Source: a virus
IMG/VR virus record: IMGVR_UViG_3300047160_002226
Coordinates: 32,001-96,000 of that record
Length of the DNA stretch: 64,000 nt
Direction: 5' to 3' (one strand)
Of this stretch, positions 8,699 to 17,416 are shown in pieces. Every line of letters begins with the position of its first letter. Position 1 is the first letter of the stretch. The position numbers and the translations under genes are program-made. The notes beneath the pieces were generated by a model that saw nothing but the letters and a program-made list of their open reading frames with translations, ran no database searches and had not been told where the DNA came from.

Positions 8699-10072
8699 AT
8701 GCCTCTGACCGCAACGCCGACTGTATTTCAGATACCTTTCCATCCTGACCTTAGTACGAAGGTCGAGACAACGTCTCCACGTCAAGCCTACGATGGATCG
8801 AACTTCGCAAACAATGGCGATATGGTCCATCTTGGTGTCGGTACGACGATCTACGACAATCCAACGATTGTCACACTAGCCCGCACAGGAAATACAGCCT
8901 CGATCAACCCAACGACAGGGCAGCTTTCCCTGTCAGCCGCTAATATCGCGGCTTTCGGTGATGTTGGTCTCCAAGTTTCTCAGTCTCGAACGAACCTGCT
9001 GTCCACGTCCAACATGGATATCGACGGTGGCGGCGGTGTTCCTATCAGTTTCCTACAAAGCGTTACGCCTGGCCCTGCCACGATCATCACAACACAGGCA
9101 ATTGTTCCTGGTGCTGGACCTGGGTACAGCAATAGTGCTATCCATTATGTCGTCAACAATACGACTGGCTCAACTCAGACGATTACACTTTTCCAAGGGC
9201 CATTCTCAGGCACCCTCAACCAGTGGTTCTCAGCTCAAGCACGGGTCAAGATCGTCTCTCAGACAAACGTGACAGGTGTGTATCTGACCGTGCATGACGT
9301 TCAGAACGCCATATCACAGAATACTCCGTCCAATCTCTCTAACCTCGGCAATTGGCAGCTTGTGAACAGCTCTCTCCAGCTCACGGTTGGCGCATCAACG
9401 AACCTCCGCTGGGAAATGAATGCTGTTATTTTGGCTGGCGGAACGCTTGAGTTCTACATCACGAACAGTCAGCTTGCTTCCGATGTACCGTGGACGACTC
9501 ACTACGTTCCGTCCGCTGCTGGTCCAACTCTTCGAGGTGCGGACGTAGTCAACGTGACCAACAGTTGGTATACGCCAGCGAACGTGTGGACCATTGATTT
9601 CCGCGCCCTTGCTCCTCTCAACGCTACTGTTCCGAATGCTTCGCAGCTTATGTACTTGTTCTCGTCTTACAACGGCACACAAGGATCATCTATCTTTATG
9701 AATACTGTCAATACGCTTACATGGCGTATCGACAACAGCGGTGTTTTCACTGATCTGACGCTTACCTCTACCGCTGGCGGGCCTCTAGGACTCACTCCAT
9801 GGCGTGTATGGTTCATTTCACGGCCTGATCCGCTTCCAGCAGTAACGTTCAATCGTATGCTGGCTCTTGAACGACTTGACTCTGGAGTTCTCGTGACTCC
9901 TGTGACCAGCTCAGGTGAAGCCGCTGTGCCGTTCACTGGAACGACGCTCAAGCTTGGACGCGACAACACGGACGCGAACAACTTCGAGGGCTTCATTGGT
10001 CGGTTCACGTATTGGGGAGCCAGGTCAAATGTTTCGCTGTCCCGCACGGTCAATGGCTGGCCGTTCCCGTAA
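8699..10072 (+). CDS. virion spike/fibre protein with carbohydrate-binding-like and LamG-like domains
   Basis: T/S/N/G-rich; GLQVSQSRTNLL, YVPS....LRGAD and LKLGR...FEGFIGRFTYW patterns typical of phage spike-fibre proteins. Confidence 0.6.
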   Translation: MPLTATPTVFQIPFHPDLSTKVETTSPRQAYDGSNFANNGDMVHLGVGTTIYDNPTIVTLARTGNTASINPTTGQLSLSAANIAAFGDVGLQVSQSRTNLLSTSNMDIDGGGGVPISFLQSVTPGPATIITTQAIVPGAGPGYSNSAIHYVVNNTTGSTQTITLFQGPFSGTLNQWFSAQARVKIVSQTNVTGVYLTVHDVQNAISQNTPSNLSNLGNWQLVNSSLQLTVGASTNLRWEMNAVILAGGTLEFYITNSQLASDVPWTTHYVPSAAGPTLRGADVVNVTNSWYTPANVWTIDFRALAPLNATVPNASQLMYLFSSYNGTQGSSIFMNTVNTLTWRIDNSGVFTDLTLTSTAGGPLGLTPWRVWFISRPDPLPAVTFNRMLALERLDSGVLVTPVTSSGEAAVPFTGTTLKLGRDNTDANNFEGFIGRFTYWGARSNVSLSRTVNGWPFP

Positions 10073-10085
10073 GAGGTTGTAAGCG

Positions 10086-11624
10086 ATGCCTATTTCAATT
10101 CCAGCATACGGCGGTGAAGACCTTGTCAGCTTGCCGACAACGCTCGACAAGCACATCTTCCTGTTCTCGGATCTCCAATCCCGCGTCAGGACGGCAGGGG
10201 TACTGCTACGTTCTGTGTCTGGCACGATCACCACTGTTGGAACCGCCGTTACTGGTACTGGCACCAGCTTCCAGTCTCAGTTGCAGGTCGGGGATTACAT
10301 AGGAAACGCAACTGTAGGATTCCGTAAGATAACACTCATCACGAGCAACGTCGCACTTACGATCTTGAGTGCGTTCCTCCCAGACCTCACATCTTCCACA
10401 ACCGTGCAGGCTACAGCGTTTTCACTTGCTACGGCTTACAGTGCAAAGGTCATTGGTCCTGACAACCAAGCTGTTACCAGAACGAGTAACAACTTGACCT
10501 ATGTTGATCCTGGGACGAAACTTATCACGCTGGCCCAGAACAATATCCCTCGTTTCGAGGCTGCAGGGCTTAATCTAGAACCAGAGTCAATATCACAGCT
10601 TTGTCAGAGCACAGCAGCTTTCTCGTCAGCTCCGTGGGTCACGCAAGGTGGTCTGACAGTTACAGCACCGCCAGGAACGATCTTCGCTCCAGATGGAACG
10701 AGTACTGCTTGGCAACTAAATAATCCATCCGCTGGGTCAAAGCAGCTTTTCCAGCAGATACAGAGTTTCCCTGGAAACGATACCTTCTCGTTTTCAGTTT
10801 ATCTCATGCCAGTTCCAGGCGATCTTAGCCCACCGAAGATAAACCTGTATGGCATCTTCCAGCAGGGTATCGGTTCGCCACAAACTTTTCCAAACCCTCT
10901 AATCGACATCACATTGCTTCCGAATTCAGGATGGCGTCGATATGACGTGATCATCCCCGTAGGCATTTTCAATTCTTGCAAGGCTTACATCCAGGTTCAG
11001 AATCCAGGGGCAGGAGCGAAGGCTGTATATGCCTGGGGAGCACAGTTCACGGAAAGCACAGCTACATTCTCGTATCGCCCTCGTGGAACAAATGCAGCCG
11101 CTATTGATGGACAGGAGCGACTTACATATCCTATCGAAGCTTTCGGACTACAGCCGAATTCTCAGGATGTCACGTTCATCTGGGAATTCATTCCAATCGG
11201 AGATCCTGGTTTTCATTATCCTCTTTGCGCAATCGGTGGCGGTGCTAGTGATCCGCTGCTGACCAATATGTTCACACTAGGCACGAAGTTTATCGGCTTC
11301 GGTGGAACCGATCTTCCAAGCAACAACGGTCTTGCTCTCTACGACGAAGTTTCAGCCGTTCCAGTAACATACGTGAGTCCTACAACCTACACTTGGAGCA
11401 GATACAGCTTGCAAAGGTGGGCCTGGAAGATCTTCAACGCAGGGCAGGCTGTCTCCTTCTTTGCGAACGGTCTGTTTCTCGGGACTCAGACTTTTCCTCC
11501 GTTGCCTACTGATGGTGGTTACACGAAGTTCGCCTTCGTCAACGGGGCTATCCAGAGGAAGCTAGAGATGTATCCGTATCTCTTCACGGATGCGAATCTC
11601 CAAGACATCACGACGGTGAGTTAG
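10086..11624 (+). CDS. virion spike/fibre protein
   Basis: GTITTVGTAVTGTGTSF module; NIPRFE..GLNLEPE, APDGTSTA, GWRRY and YAWGAQ motifs. Confidence 0.6.
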   Translation: MPISIPAYGGEDLVSLPTTLDKHIFLFSDLQSRVRTAGVLLRSVSGTITTVGTAVTGTGTSFQSQLQVGDYIGNATVGFRKITLITSNVALTILSAFLPDLTSSTTVQATAFSLATAYSAKVIGPDNQAVTRTSNNLTYVDPGTKLITLAQNNIPRFEAAGLNLEPESISQLCQSTAAFSSAPWVTQGGLTVTAPPGTIFAPDGTSTAWQLNNPSAGSKQLFQQIQSFPGNDTFSFSVYLMPVPGDLSPPKINLYGIFQQGIGSPQTFPNPLIDITLLPNSGWRRYDVIIPVGIFNSCKAYIQVQNPGAGAKAVYAWGAQFTESTATFSYRPRGTNAAAIDGQERLTYPIEAFGLQPNSQDVTFIWEFIPIGDPGFHYPLCAIGGGASDPLLTNMFTLGTKFIGFGGTDLPSNNGLALYDEVSAVPVTYVSPTTYTWSRYSLQRWAWKIFNAGQAVSFFANGLFLGTQTFPPLPTDGGYTKFAFVNGAIQRKLEMYPYLFTDANLQDITTVS

Positions 11625-11627
11625 CCC

Positions 11628-12059
11628 ATGCAATATCTCGATGGAAGTCTCTCGAAGACGTATACTCCGATTCCTGCCGCATACACAGGAGCTAACGATC
11701 TTCTTTCGATGCGTACACGTGGGCAGGTTATCGTTCTCGTCAACTACACGAAAGGCTCAGAGCCAGGACTTGAACTCATAGTAGAGATCTCTCCAGATCC
11801 GACTGGAGCTACTTCGTTTTACCAAACGGTCGAGATGACATCATCAGGACTGTCATTCGATGTAGGGCCTGTATCCTACGTCTTTGCTGTAACTGGCCTG
11901 TATCAGCTCCCGATTCCCACGGTGATGCGCGCCCAGCGGATGAGGCTCCAGGTTCGTGGAACAGGCGGCGTTGCTGGTAATGGAACCGCAATCATGCGGG
12001 TAATTGACGATTCTGCTTTCGGAACAGATCCACTACTCAATCCTCCGCTTGGACCATAA
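11628..12059 (+). CDS. small beta-sandwich virion protein
   Basis: 143 aa; LIVEISPD...FY and RMRLQV strand pattern. Confidence 0.55.
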   Translation: MQYLDGSLSKTYTPIPAAYTGANDLLSMRTRGQVIVLVNYTKGSEPGLELIVEISPDPTGATSFYQTVEMTSSGLSFDVGPVSYVFAVTGLYQLPIPTVMRAQRMRLQVRGTGGVAGNGTAIMRVIDDSAFGTDPLLNPPLGP

Positions 12060-12071
12060 AGGATGTGAACC

Positions 12072-13037
12072 ATGGGTCGCCCGTTCTCGCTGCGTGGGCG
12101 GTTCAATGCGGTTCGGACGGGCGATGGATCTGGAAGCGTCACTGTCACCTCCATTGGGGATCCTGTCCAAGATCTCCCAGCTCTTGCAGCAATCCCTCCT
12201 ACAGATCGTTCCAATGGTCAGCTCCGCGTTGTGCTCACACCTGGCGGCGGGATCTACGGGGCTCTTTACGTCTTCTCAGAAGATGCTCCGAGCGGCGACG
12301 TTATCCCAAACGTCGGTACTGGCTTCTGGCTCGCTGTTCAGTCAGGTGGAGGCGGTGGTCCGTCCACGCCAGTCTCTCAGATCGTGACCTTCCAGACGCC
12401 GTTCGCTTACACGTCTGCGAATCCGCTAGATTTTGGCAGCTTGATCGCTCAAGATGAGATTTTCGTATCGGAAATTGTTATAGACACAGCATTCGATGAT
12501 CCTGGTTCTATGTTGTCTCTCGGGCTTGTTAGCAGCCCTGGAAACATTTTGCCTATTGATGCTAATGACCCTACGGTTCTCGGCACATACACGAGTCCAG
12601 AGAATATCTTGGTCTCTGGTTTCGATGCATTTCGGCTACAGATTCTTCCAGGGGCTTCCACTCAAGGTCAAGGTCGTTCGCTCGCCCTAGCTCGCAGGCT
12701 CACCCCCGTTCCAAGTACGCTGATGACCTTCGAGACGCAGTTTGTTTACTCGACACCAAGTCCATTTGATTTCAGCATCCTCAATCCCAACGACGAGATC
12801 ATCTCGGCTGAGATCATCATCTCCACGCCATTCAATGATGCGTCTGCCACTATCTCACTTGGGCAGACTTCTAATCCTGGCAACCTTCTGTCTCTAATTG
12901 ATGCGAGCGTAGCTGGAACTGTGCGTAGCGCTGAAAACGTTCTCGTTACAGCTTCGGATTCGCTCAGGGTCCAGATTTTCCCTGGAACGGCGACTCAAGG
13001 TACAGGCCGTATTTTTGTCATAGTTCGGAGGCTATAA
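12072..13037 (+). CDS. virion protein with two tandem beta-domain repeats
   Basis: TFQTPFAY...DEIFVSEIVIDTAFDD...LQILPGASTQGQGR recurs as TFETQFVY...DEIISAEIIISTPFND...VQIFPGTATQGTGR. Confidence 0.65.
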   Translation: MGRPFSLRGRFNAVRTGDGSGSVTVTSIGDPVQDLPALAAIPPTDRSNGQLRVVLTPGGGIYGALYVFSEDAPSGDVIPNVGTGFWLAVQSGGGGGPSTPVSQIVTFQTPFAYTSANPLDFGSLIAQDEIFVSEIVIDTAFDDPGSMLSLGLVSSPGNILPIDANDPTVLGTYTSPENILVSGFDAFRLQILPGASTQGQGRSLALARRLTPVPSTLMTFETQFVYSTPSPFDFSILNPNDEIISAEIIISTPFNDASATISLGQTSNPGNLLSLIDASVAGTVRSAENVLVTASDSLRVQIFPGTATQGTGRIFVIVRRL

Positions 13038-13041
13038 GGTT

Positions 13042-13584
13042 ATGTCTTACTTCGAGAAGCTACGTGGCACCTTTGAGACGATCTTCCAGATCGGCAAGGC
13101 TGGCCCAAATATCAAGAACAACTCAGGAGTCATTGAGAATCGAAACAATGCCGACAGTGGGTTCGTTGTTGTTCGTGGTGCCGATCCCGTCGCCGCCAAC
13201 GACCTCCTCACTCTCCAGTACTTCAACGCTCATAACGCTGGTGCTGCGGGTTGGGAAGCTGTAGCACTTACGCTTGGCACGAGTAGCGTTGTGTCTACTG
13301 CGGCACTTCCTGATAGCTCAACAATCTTCAAGGCTATCTTGGACGTTACGACCGCATATGACCCTGGAACAACGTGGACCTTCAAGCGTACAGGCGATGC
13401 AACGAAGGTTCTCCAGGCCGTAAGCGATAATGATCCTACGGTCATCGGCACATACGAAGTTCCCCAGGTGTTGAATTGGGGTACTACGGGTGCTGGAACC
13501 GTGACGGCCACAATCGGTGGAACTCCTGCGGCTGGCGTTGCTACACTCTACATCATCTACTCAACGCCAATCAGCATCAACTAA
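13042..13584 (+). CDS. virion protein with a related beta domain
   Basis: IFKAILDVTTAYD...DNDPTVIGTY resembles the repeats of the previous gene (ANDPTVLGTY). Confidence 0.6.
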   Translation: MSYFEKLRGTFETIFQIGKAGPNIKNNSGVIENRNNADSGFVVVRGADPVAANDLLTLQYFNAHNAGAAGWEAVALTLGTSSVVSTAALPDSSTIFKAILDVTTAYDPGTTWTFKRTGDATKVLQAVSDNDPTVIGTYEVPQVLNWGTTGAGTVTATIGGTPAAGVATLYIIYSTPISIN

Positions 13585-13609
13585 GCTGTGAAGGTGCTAA
13601 GGTGAACCT

Positions 13610-14131
13610 GTGGCGCTCAGGGCCTACACCGAAAATCGCCATTCTAACTCTGTTAGCCATACCTCCGACCCGACATCAGCAAACGATAGCTCACAAGGCT
13701 ACGCTGTCGGGTCGGAGTGGGTTAACAAGACACTAGGGACCGTCTGGTTTTGCGTTAGCGCAGCGGTCGGCGCCGCCGTCTGGAAGCCAAGTCCAGCGAC
13801 CTACCAGTTGAACCTGGGAGGACGACTTGACATCCCTACTCTTCCTCTCTCGGGTGTAGGGATAGAGCTTTCTGATGGAGCCTATGTCCTCACGTACTTC
13901 CAAGCTCGGCGCGGTACTGCAGGAACCTCTGGAACTACGACGATACAGCTAGAACTCAATGGAGCAGTGGTGGGTGGAGCAACTCTATCGTGGACTGGAG
14001 GCACAGACGCGAATAACGCGCTCAAAAACGTGGCGATAAGCCAGGTCATAGCTCTTGGCGATAGAATCTCTTTTCGCCTTACTGCGATTGAAGCTGGTTC
14101 CCCCCAAGACATCTATGCGCAGGTCTGGTAA
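13610..14131 (+). CDS. virion fibre-associated protein
   Basis: DPTSANDSSQGYAVGSEWVN...VWFCV.AAVGAAVW module recurrent in phage fibres; GTG start. Confidence 0.6.
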   Translation: MALRAYTENRHSNSVSHTSDPTSANDSSQGYAVGSEWVNKTLGTVWFCVSAAVGAAVWKPSPATYQLNLGGRLDIPTLPLSGVGIELSDGAYVLTYFQARRGTAGTSGTTTIQLELNGAVVGGATLSWTGGTDANNALKNVAISQVIALGDRISFRLTAIEAGSPQDIYAQVW

Positions 14132-15438
14132 TGAGCACAACCATCATTGATACGCTCTACGCCATAGGTGACACCCTCAGCGGCAAGTTCATGCGCATCA
14201 TGGGTGGCAGGCAGGATACTGGAACTGCCACGGCGATGCGCGTTGATCCGCTTGGTCAATTTTACGCTCTACCAGGACGTGGGAACGCTACTACTTATAG
14301 TAGATTTAATGTTACCCAACCTCAAATCATAGTTGACGCGAAACAGATTCTCGATAATGCGCCACTTGTGCTTGATACACAGCTCGTAGGCGCTGGAACA
14401 GCAACATACTCACTAGCCACCGCTTCGACAACGATGTCCCTTACTACAGCAAGTGGCGACAGCGTCGTTCGTCAGACGAAGCAATATGCCATCTATGACC
14501 CTGGTAAGGGCGTTCGCTGCATGATGACTGGTGTGATGCCACCAGCTAAGGCGAACGTAATAGGTCGTATCGGCTATTTTGACGCAAACAATGGCTTCTA
14601 CTTCCAGATGGATAGCACGGGGGCGTCCGTTGGCGTCCGTACAGATACTTCTGGTGCTGCTGTTGATACTCTTGTTGCACAAGCTAGCTGGAATCTTGAC
14701 CCGCTGAATGGTACTGGTTCATCTGGGATAACGGTAGATTTCACGAAAATCCAGGTGTTCGTCTTTGACTTCGGTTGGCTAGGCGGCGCAGGGGTCAAAT
14801 TCGGCTTTCTTCTTGGTGACAGAATTATTTTCTGTCATCGTTACGATTCTGCAAACACACTAGCTCTTCCTTACATCGGCCAGCCACAACTTCCCATGAG
14901 ATGGGAGATCACGAATACTGCTGCTGCTGCATCTGCTACTACGATGCTCCAGGTCAGTGGTGTGGTTCAGACTACTGCTGACATCGCTACTCGCGGATAT
15001 CTCGGTTCTGCTGCTAATACGACAGCGAGAACTGTCGCCGCCGTTCCTTTCCCGATACTATCTATACGCTTGAAACCAGCATATATCCGTGCAACGGTCT
15101 ATCCACTCGAATGGGGCGCAGCCACGGGTAACATCGGTATGCTTGGGCAATTGGTTCTCAATGGTACGTTGACAGGAGCGACGTTCGCCGTTACTGGATC
15201 AACGGCTGTTGATGTTGATATAGCTGCCACAGCTATCTCTGGCGGTCAAGCTATAGATGCAGCGGTCTGCACAAATAACGGCGACCGAACGATATCAGAA
15301 GTTCTTCCAGCTTACGGTGGTCCAGTGTTGGCTTCAAACATCGCTGGAACATCTGACATCTTGTCAGTTGTTCTCACGAATACTGGTGGTGGTAATGCCC
15401 TGACCAATGCCTTTCTTACTTGGCGGGAGATGTACTGA
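14131..15438 (+). CDS. conserved virion structural protein (lectin-like fold)
   Basis: VRQTK..YDPGK, RIGYFD.NGFYF, QASWNLD..NG.G.SG and DFGWLG motifs. Confidence 0.6.
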   Translation: MSTTIIDTLYAIGDTLSGKFMRIMGGRQDTGTATAMRVDPLGQFYALPGRGNATTYSRFNVTQPQIIVDAKQILDNAPLVLDTQLVGAGTATYSLATASTTMSLTTASGDSVVRQTKQYAIYDPGKGVRCMMTGVMPPAKANVIGRIGYFDANNGFYFQMDSTGASVGVRTDTSGAAVDTLVAQASWNLDPLNGTGSSGITVDFTKIQVFVFDFGWLGGAGVKFGFLLGDRIIFCHRYDSANTLALPYIGQPQLPMRWEITNTAAAASATTMLQVSGVVQTTADIATRGYLGSAANTTARTVAAVPFPILSIRLKPAYIRATVYPLEWGAATGNIGMLGQLVLNGTLTGATFAVTGSTAVDVDIAATAISGGQAIDAAVCTNNGDRTISEVLPAYGGPVLASNIAGTSDILSVVLTNTGGGNALTNAFLTWREMY

Positions 15439-16211
15439 TGCCTTTTAACTTCATAACAGATCCCAGCATCGGAGGGACTTGTCGGCTAACGCTTACAGAA
15501 GCGATTATGGTTGGCCTCATCCCAGGAACAGGGTCGGGTGTTCCTGTTGGTTATACTGCCACGTCAGCTACGGGTCCAACTCCTATCCGTGCGACCGTTT
15601 ACACAGCGCCAGGTGCAGCAGCACAGCGCAGCATCAAGAGTGCTAGTGCTAACGACGCAGCAGCGGGAACGGGCGCCCAGACTGTCAGAATCACCTACTA
15701 CGATGCTTCGATGAACGGCCCATTCACAGAGGTCGTCACACTCAACGGACTAACAGGCGTAAACACCGTTGGTACAAACATAGCCAATATCGAGAGGATG
15801 GATGTCGTCAAAGTAGGGTCAGGTGGGGCAAATGCTGGCGTTATCTCATTGATGACCCAAACTGGTGGTAACGGAACGGCAATCGGATCAATCAACACAA
15901 ATGATAACAGAACATTCTGGGCTCATCATCACGTTCCTCCTGGCTTTACGACGTTTATCACAAATATTACATCGTCTTGTTCTGCAGGAGGCGCAGGTGC
16001 CGTTACTCTGAACGTCCTCAACCCAATAGATTCGACAGTACCTTCGGTTATTCCTACTGGCATCCTTCGTCATGGTACTACAGCAGCCGCGCTGACCTTC
16101 TCAGTACCTGTCGGTATACCTGGACCAGCTCTTGTATTCTTGATCGAGCGACCTGACTCAGCAACAGCTCAGACGAATTTCGCTTCGTTCGGTTACATAG
16201 ACCTATCCTAG
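15438..16211 (+). CDS. virion structural protein
   Basis: SASANDAAAGTGAQTVRI...EVVTLNG motif; ATG overlaps the upstream TGA. Confidence 0.6.
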   Translation: MPFNFITDPSIGGTCRLTLTEAIMVGLIPGTGSGVPVGYTATSATGPTPIRATVYTAPGAAAQRSIKSASANDAAAGTGAQTVRITYYDASMNGPFTEVVTLNGLTGVNTVGTNIANIERMDVVKVGSGGANAGVISLMTQTGGNGTAIGSINTNDNRTFWAHHHVPPGFTTFITNITSSCSAGGAGAVTLNVLNPIDSTVPSVIPTGILRHGTTAAALTFSVPVGIPGPALVFLIERPDSATAQTNFASFGYIDLS

Positions 16212-16239
16212 AAATCACCAATCGGGCGTCATAGGGTGG

Positions 16240-16270
16240 AGCGGAGCAGGCAAAGTCCTGCTCCGCTTTG
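16240..16270 (+). terminator. intrinsic terminator
   Basis: AGCGGAGCAGG-CAAAGT-CCTGCTCCGCT (11-bp perfect stem) followed by TTG, at the end of the appendage cluster. Confidence 0.65.
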
Positions 16271-16318
16271 CTGTACGCACATCGTAGCCTGTCTACAGTG
16301 ACAGATACGGAGTTCGAT

Positions 16319-16732
16319 ATGCCAGTTCCAGCCATAAAAGCTGCAGCGAAGCATAGCAGTATCACCACTGCCCGCGCCGAACATCTCTGGCAGCGTGCAA
16401 AAGAGCACGCCAAGGCCCAAGGGATGGAAGGTCGCTGGGGATACGTCATGAATATTTTTAAGAGCAGCATGGGCAAGAAGCGCATGAGGCCCCTCCACAA
16501 GAAGCGTGAATGGACCAAGCCTGAGCAGTGGGACACCCTCAAGGGAGGCGGTTCAGTAAAGGGTGACACGTCAAAGAAAGAGTCTCTCGTGGATGAGGCA
16601 GTTACGGCAGCTCTTCTAGGAGTGCCCATTGCTGACCTTATCGGAGTGCTCCTAGACGATGGCCCAGAAGCTCTTCCTGCCGACGAAGGACTTTCGACAG
16701 GTGGTTCTCTATCGGGAACCAATGGAGAGTGA
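16319..16732 (+). CDS. small basic helical head-region protein
   Basis: MP..IK..A......E.LW..AK..A......YV..I.K..MG pattern plus the shared 22-aa motif; GGAG RBS before ATG 16319. Confidence 0.65.
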   Translation: MPVPAIKAAAKHSSITTARAEHLWQRAKEHAKAQGMEGRWGYVMNIFKSSMGKKRMRPLHKKREWTKPEQWDTLKGGGSVKGDTSKKESLVDEAVTAALLGVPIADLIGVLLDDGPEALPADEGLSTGGSLSGTNGE

Positions 16733-17000
16733 TGTCTGGGTCATCTTCCCAGAGCATGAGAACGCCTCATATCGTGCTGACCTTGAAGTTGTAAGACGTT
16801 GGATGCTGTTGATGTGGAAGGGCGAATGGCACTTTGTTGATCTCGCCCTTGACCAACTCTGGAATCTCTACCACGTCGGATTGAGGATCGGTTCAACCAG
16901 AACCGATGTACGTCCGCTGAGTGCTGCTAAGAAGTACTTCGCGGCCCACGAGGGTCTAGAGACAGTCATCGATGCAACGCACAGAAGGCCGTTGTTTTGA
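16722..17000 (+). CDS. hypothetical protein
   Basis: About 92 aa from ATG 16722, coupled to both neighbours. Confidence 0.5.
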   Translation: MESDVWVIFPEHENASYRADLEVVRRWMLLMWKGEWHFVDLALDQLWNLYHVGLRIGSTRTDVRPLSAAKKYFAAHEGLETVIDATHRRPLF

Positions 17001-17416
17001 GCCATAGAAATACAAGAGTCTGCTGCAAGTGTGGTCGGAGGCGGCACGCCTCATTCTTTAGACTTTTTATCAAGTGCATTGATTGCGAAGAGGGACGAGT
17101 CGAACCAGAAAACTTGCAAGTTGATGAGGCTTTCTTTGAACGGCGAACGTTCAACAACTATTTGAAGTGCGTGTATGGCACTAATGTTGAGACTTACGAA
17201 CGATTGCTAGAAGAACAGAACGGTCTTTGCGCTATCTGTAGAAAGCCTGAGCTTGCAAAGAGTCGATTGGCTGTGGACCACGACCATGATACTGGTGAGG
17301 TGCGTGGCCTTCTTTGCGGTAGATGCAATACAGCTATCGGTCTTCTTCGAGAGGACCCAGAAATCATAGATCGCGCCAAATCCTACATTATGGAGCACAA
17401 AGCATGGGCGAGATGA
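16997..17416 (+). CDS. endonuclease VII-family (recombination/homing) endonuclease
   Basis: YG.....YE.LL..QNGLCAIC...LAVDHDHDTGEVRGLLC..CNTAIG. Confidence 0.9.
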   Translation: MSHRNTRVCCKCGRRRHASFFRLFIKCIDCEEGRVEPENLQVDEAFFERRTFNNYLKCVYGTNVETYERLLEEQNGLCAICRKPELAKSRLAVDHDHDTGEVRGLLCGRCNTAIGLLREDPEIIDRAKSYIMEHKAWAR

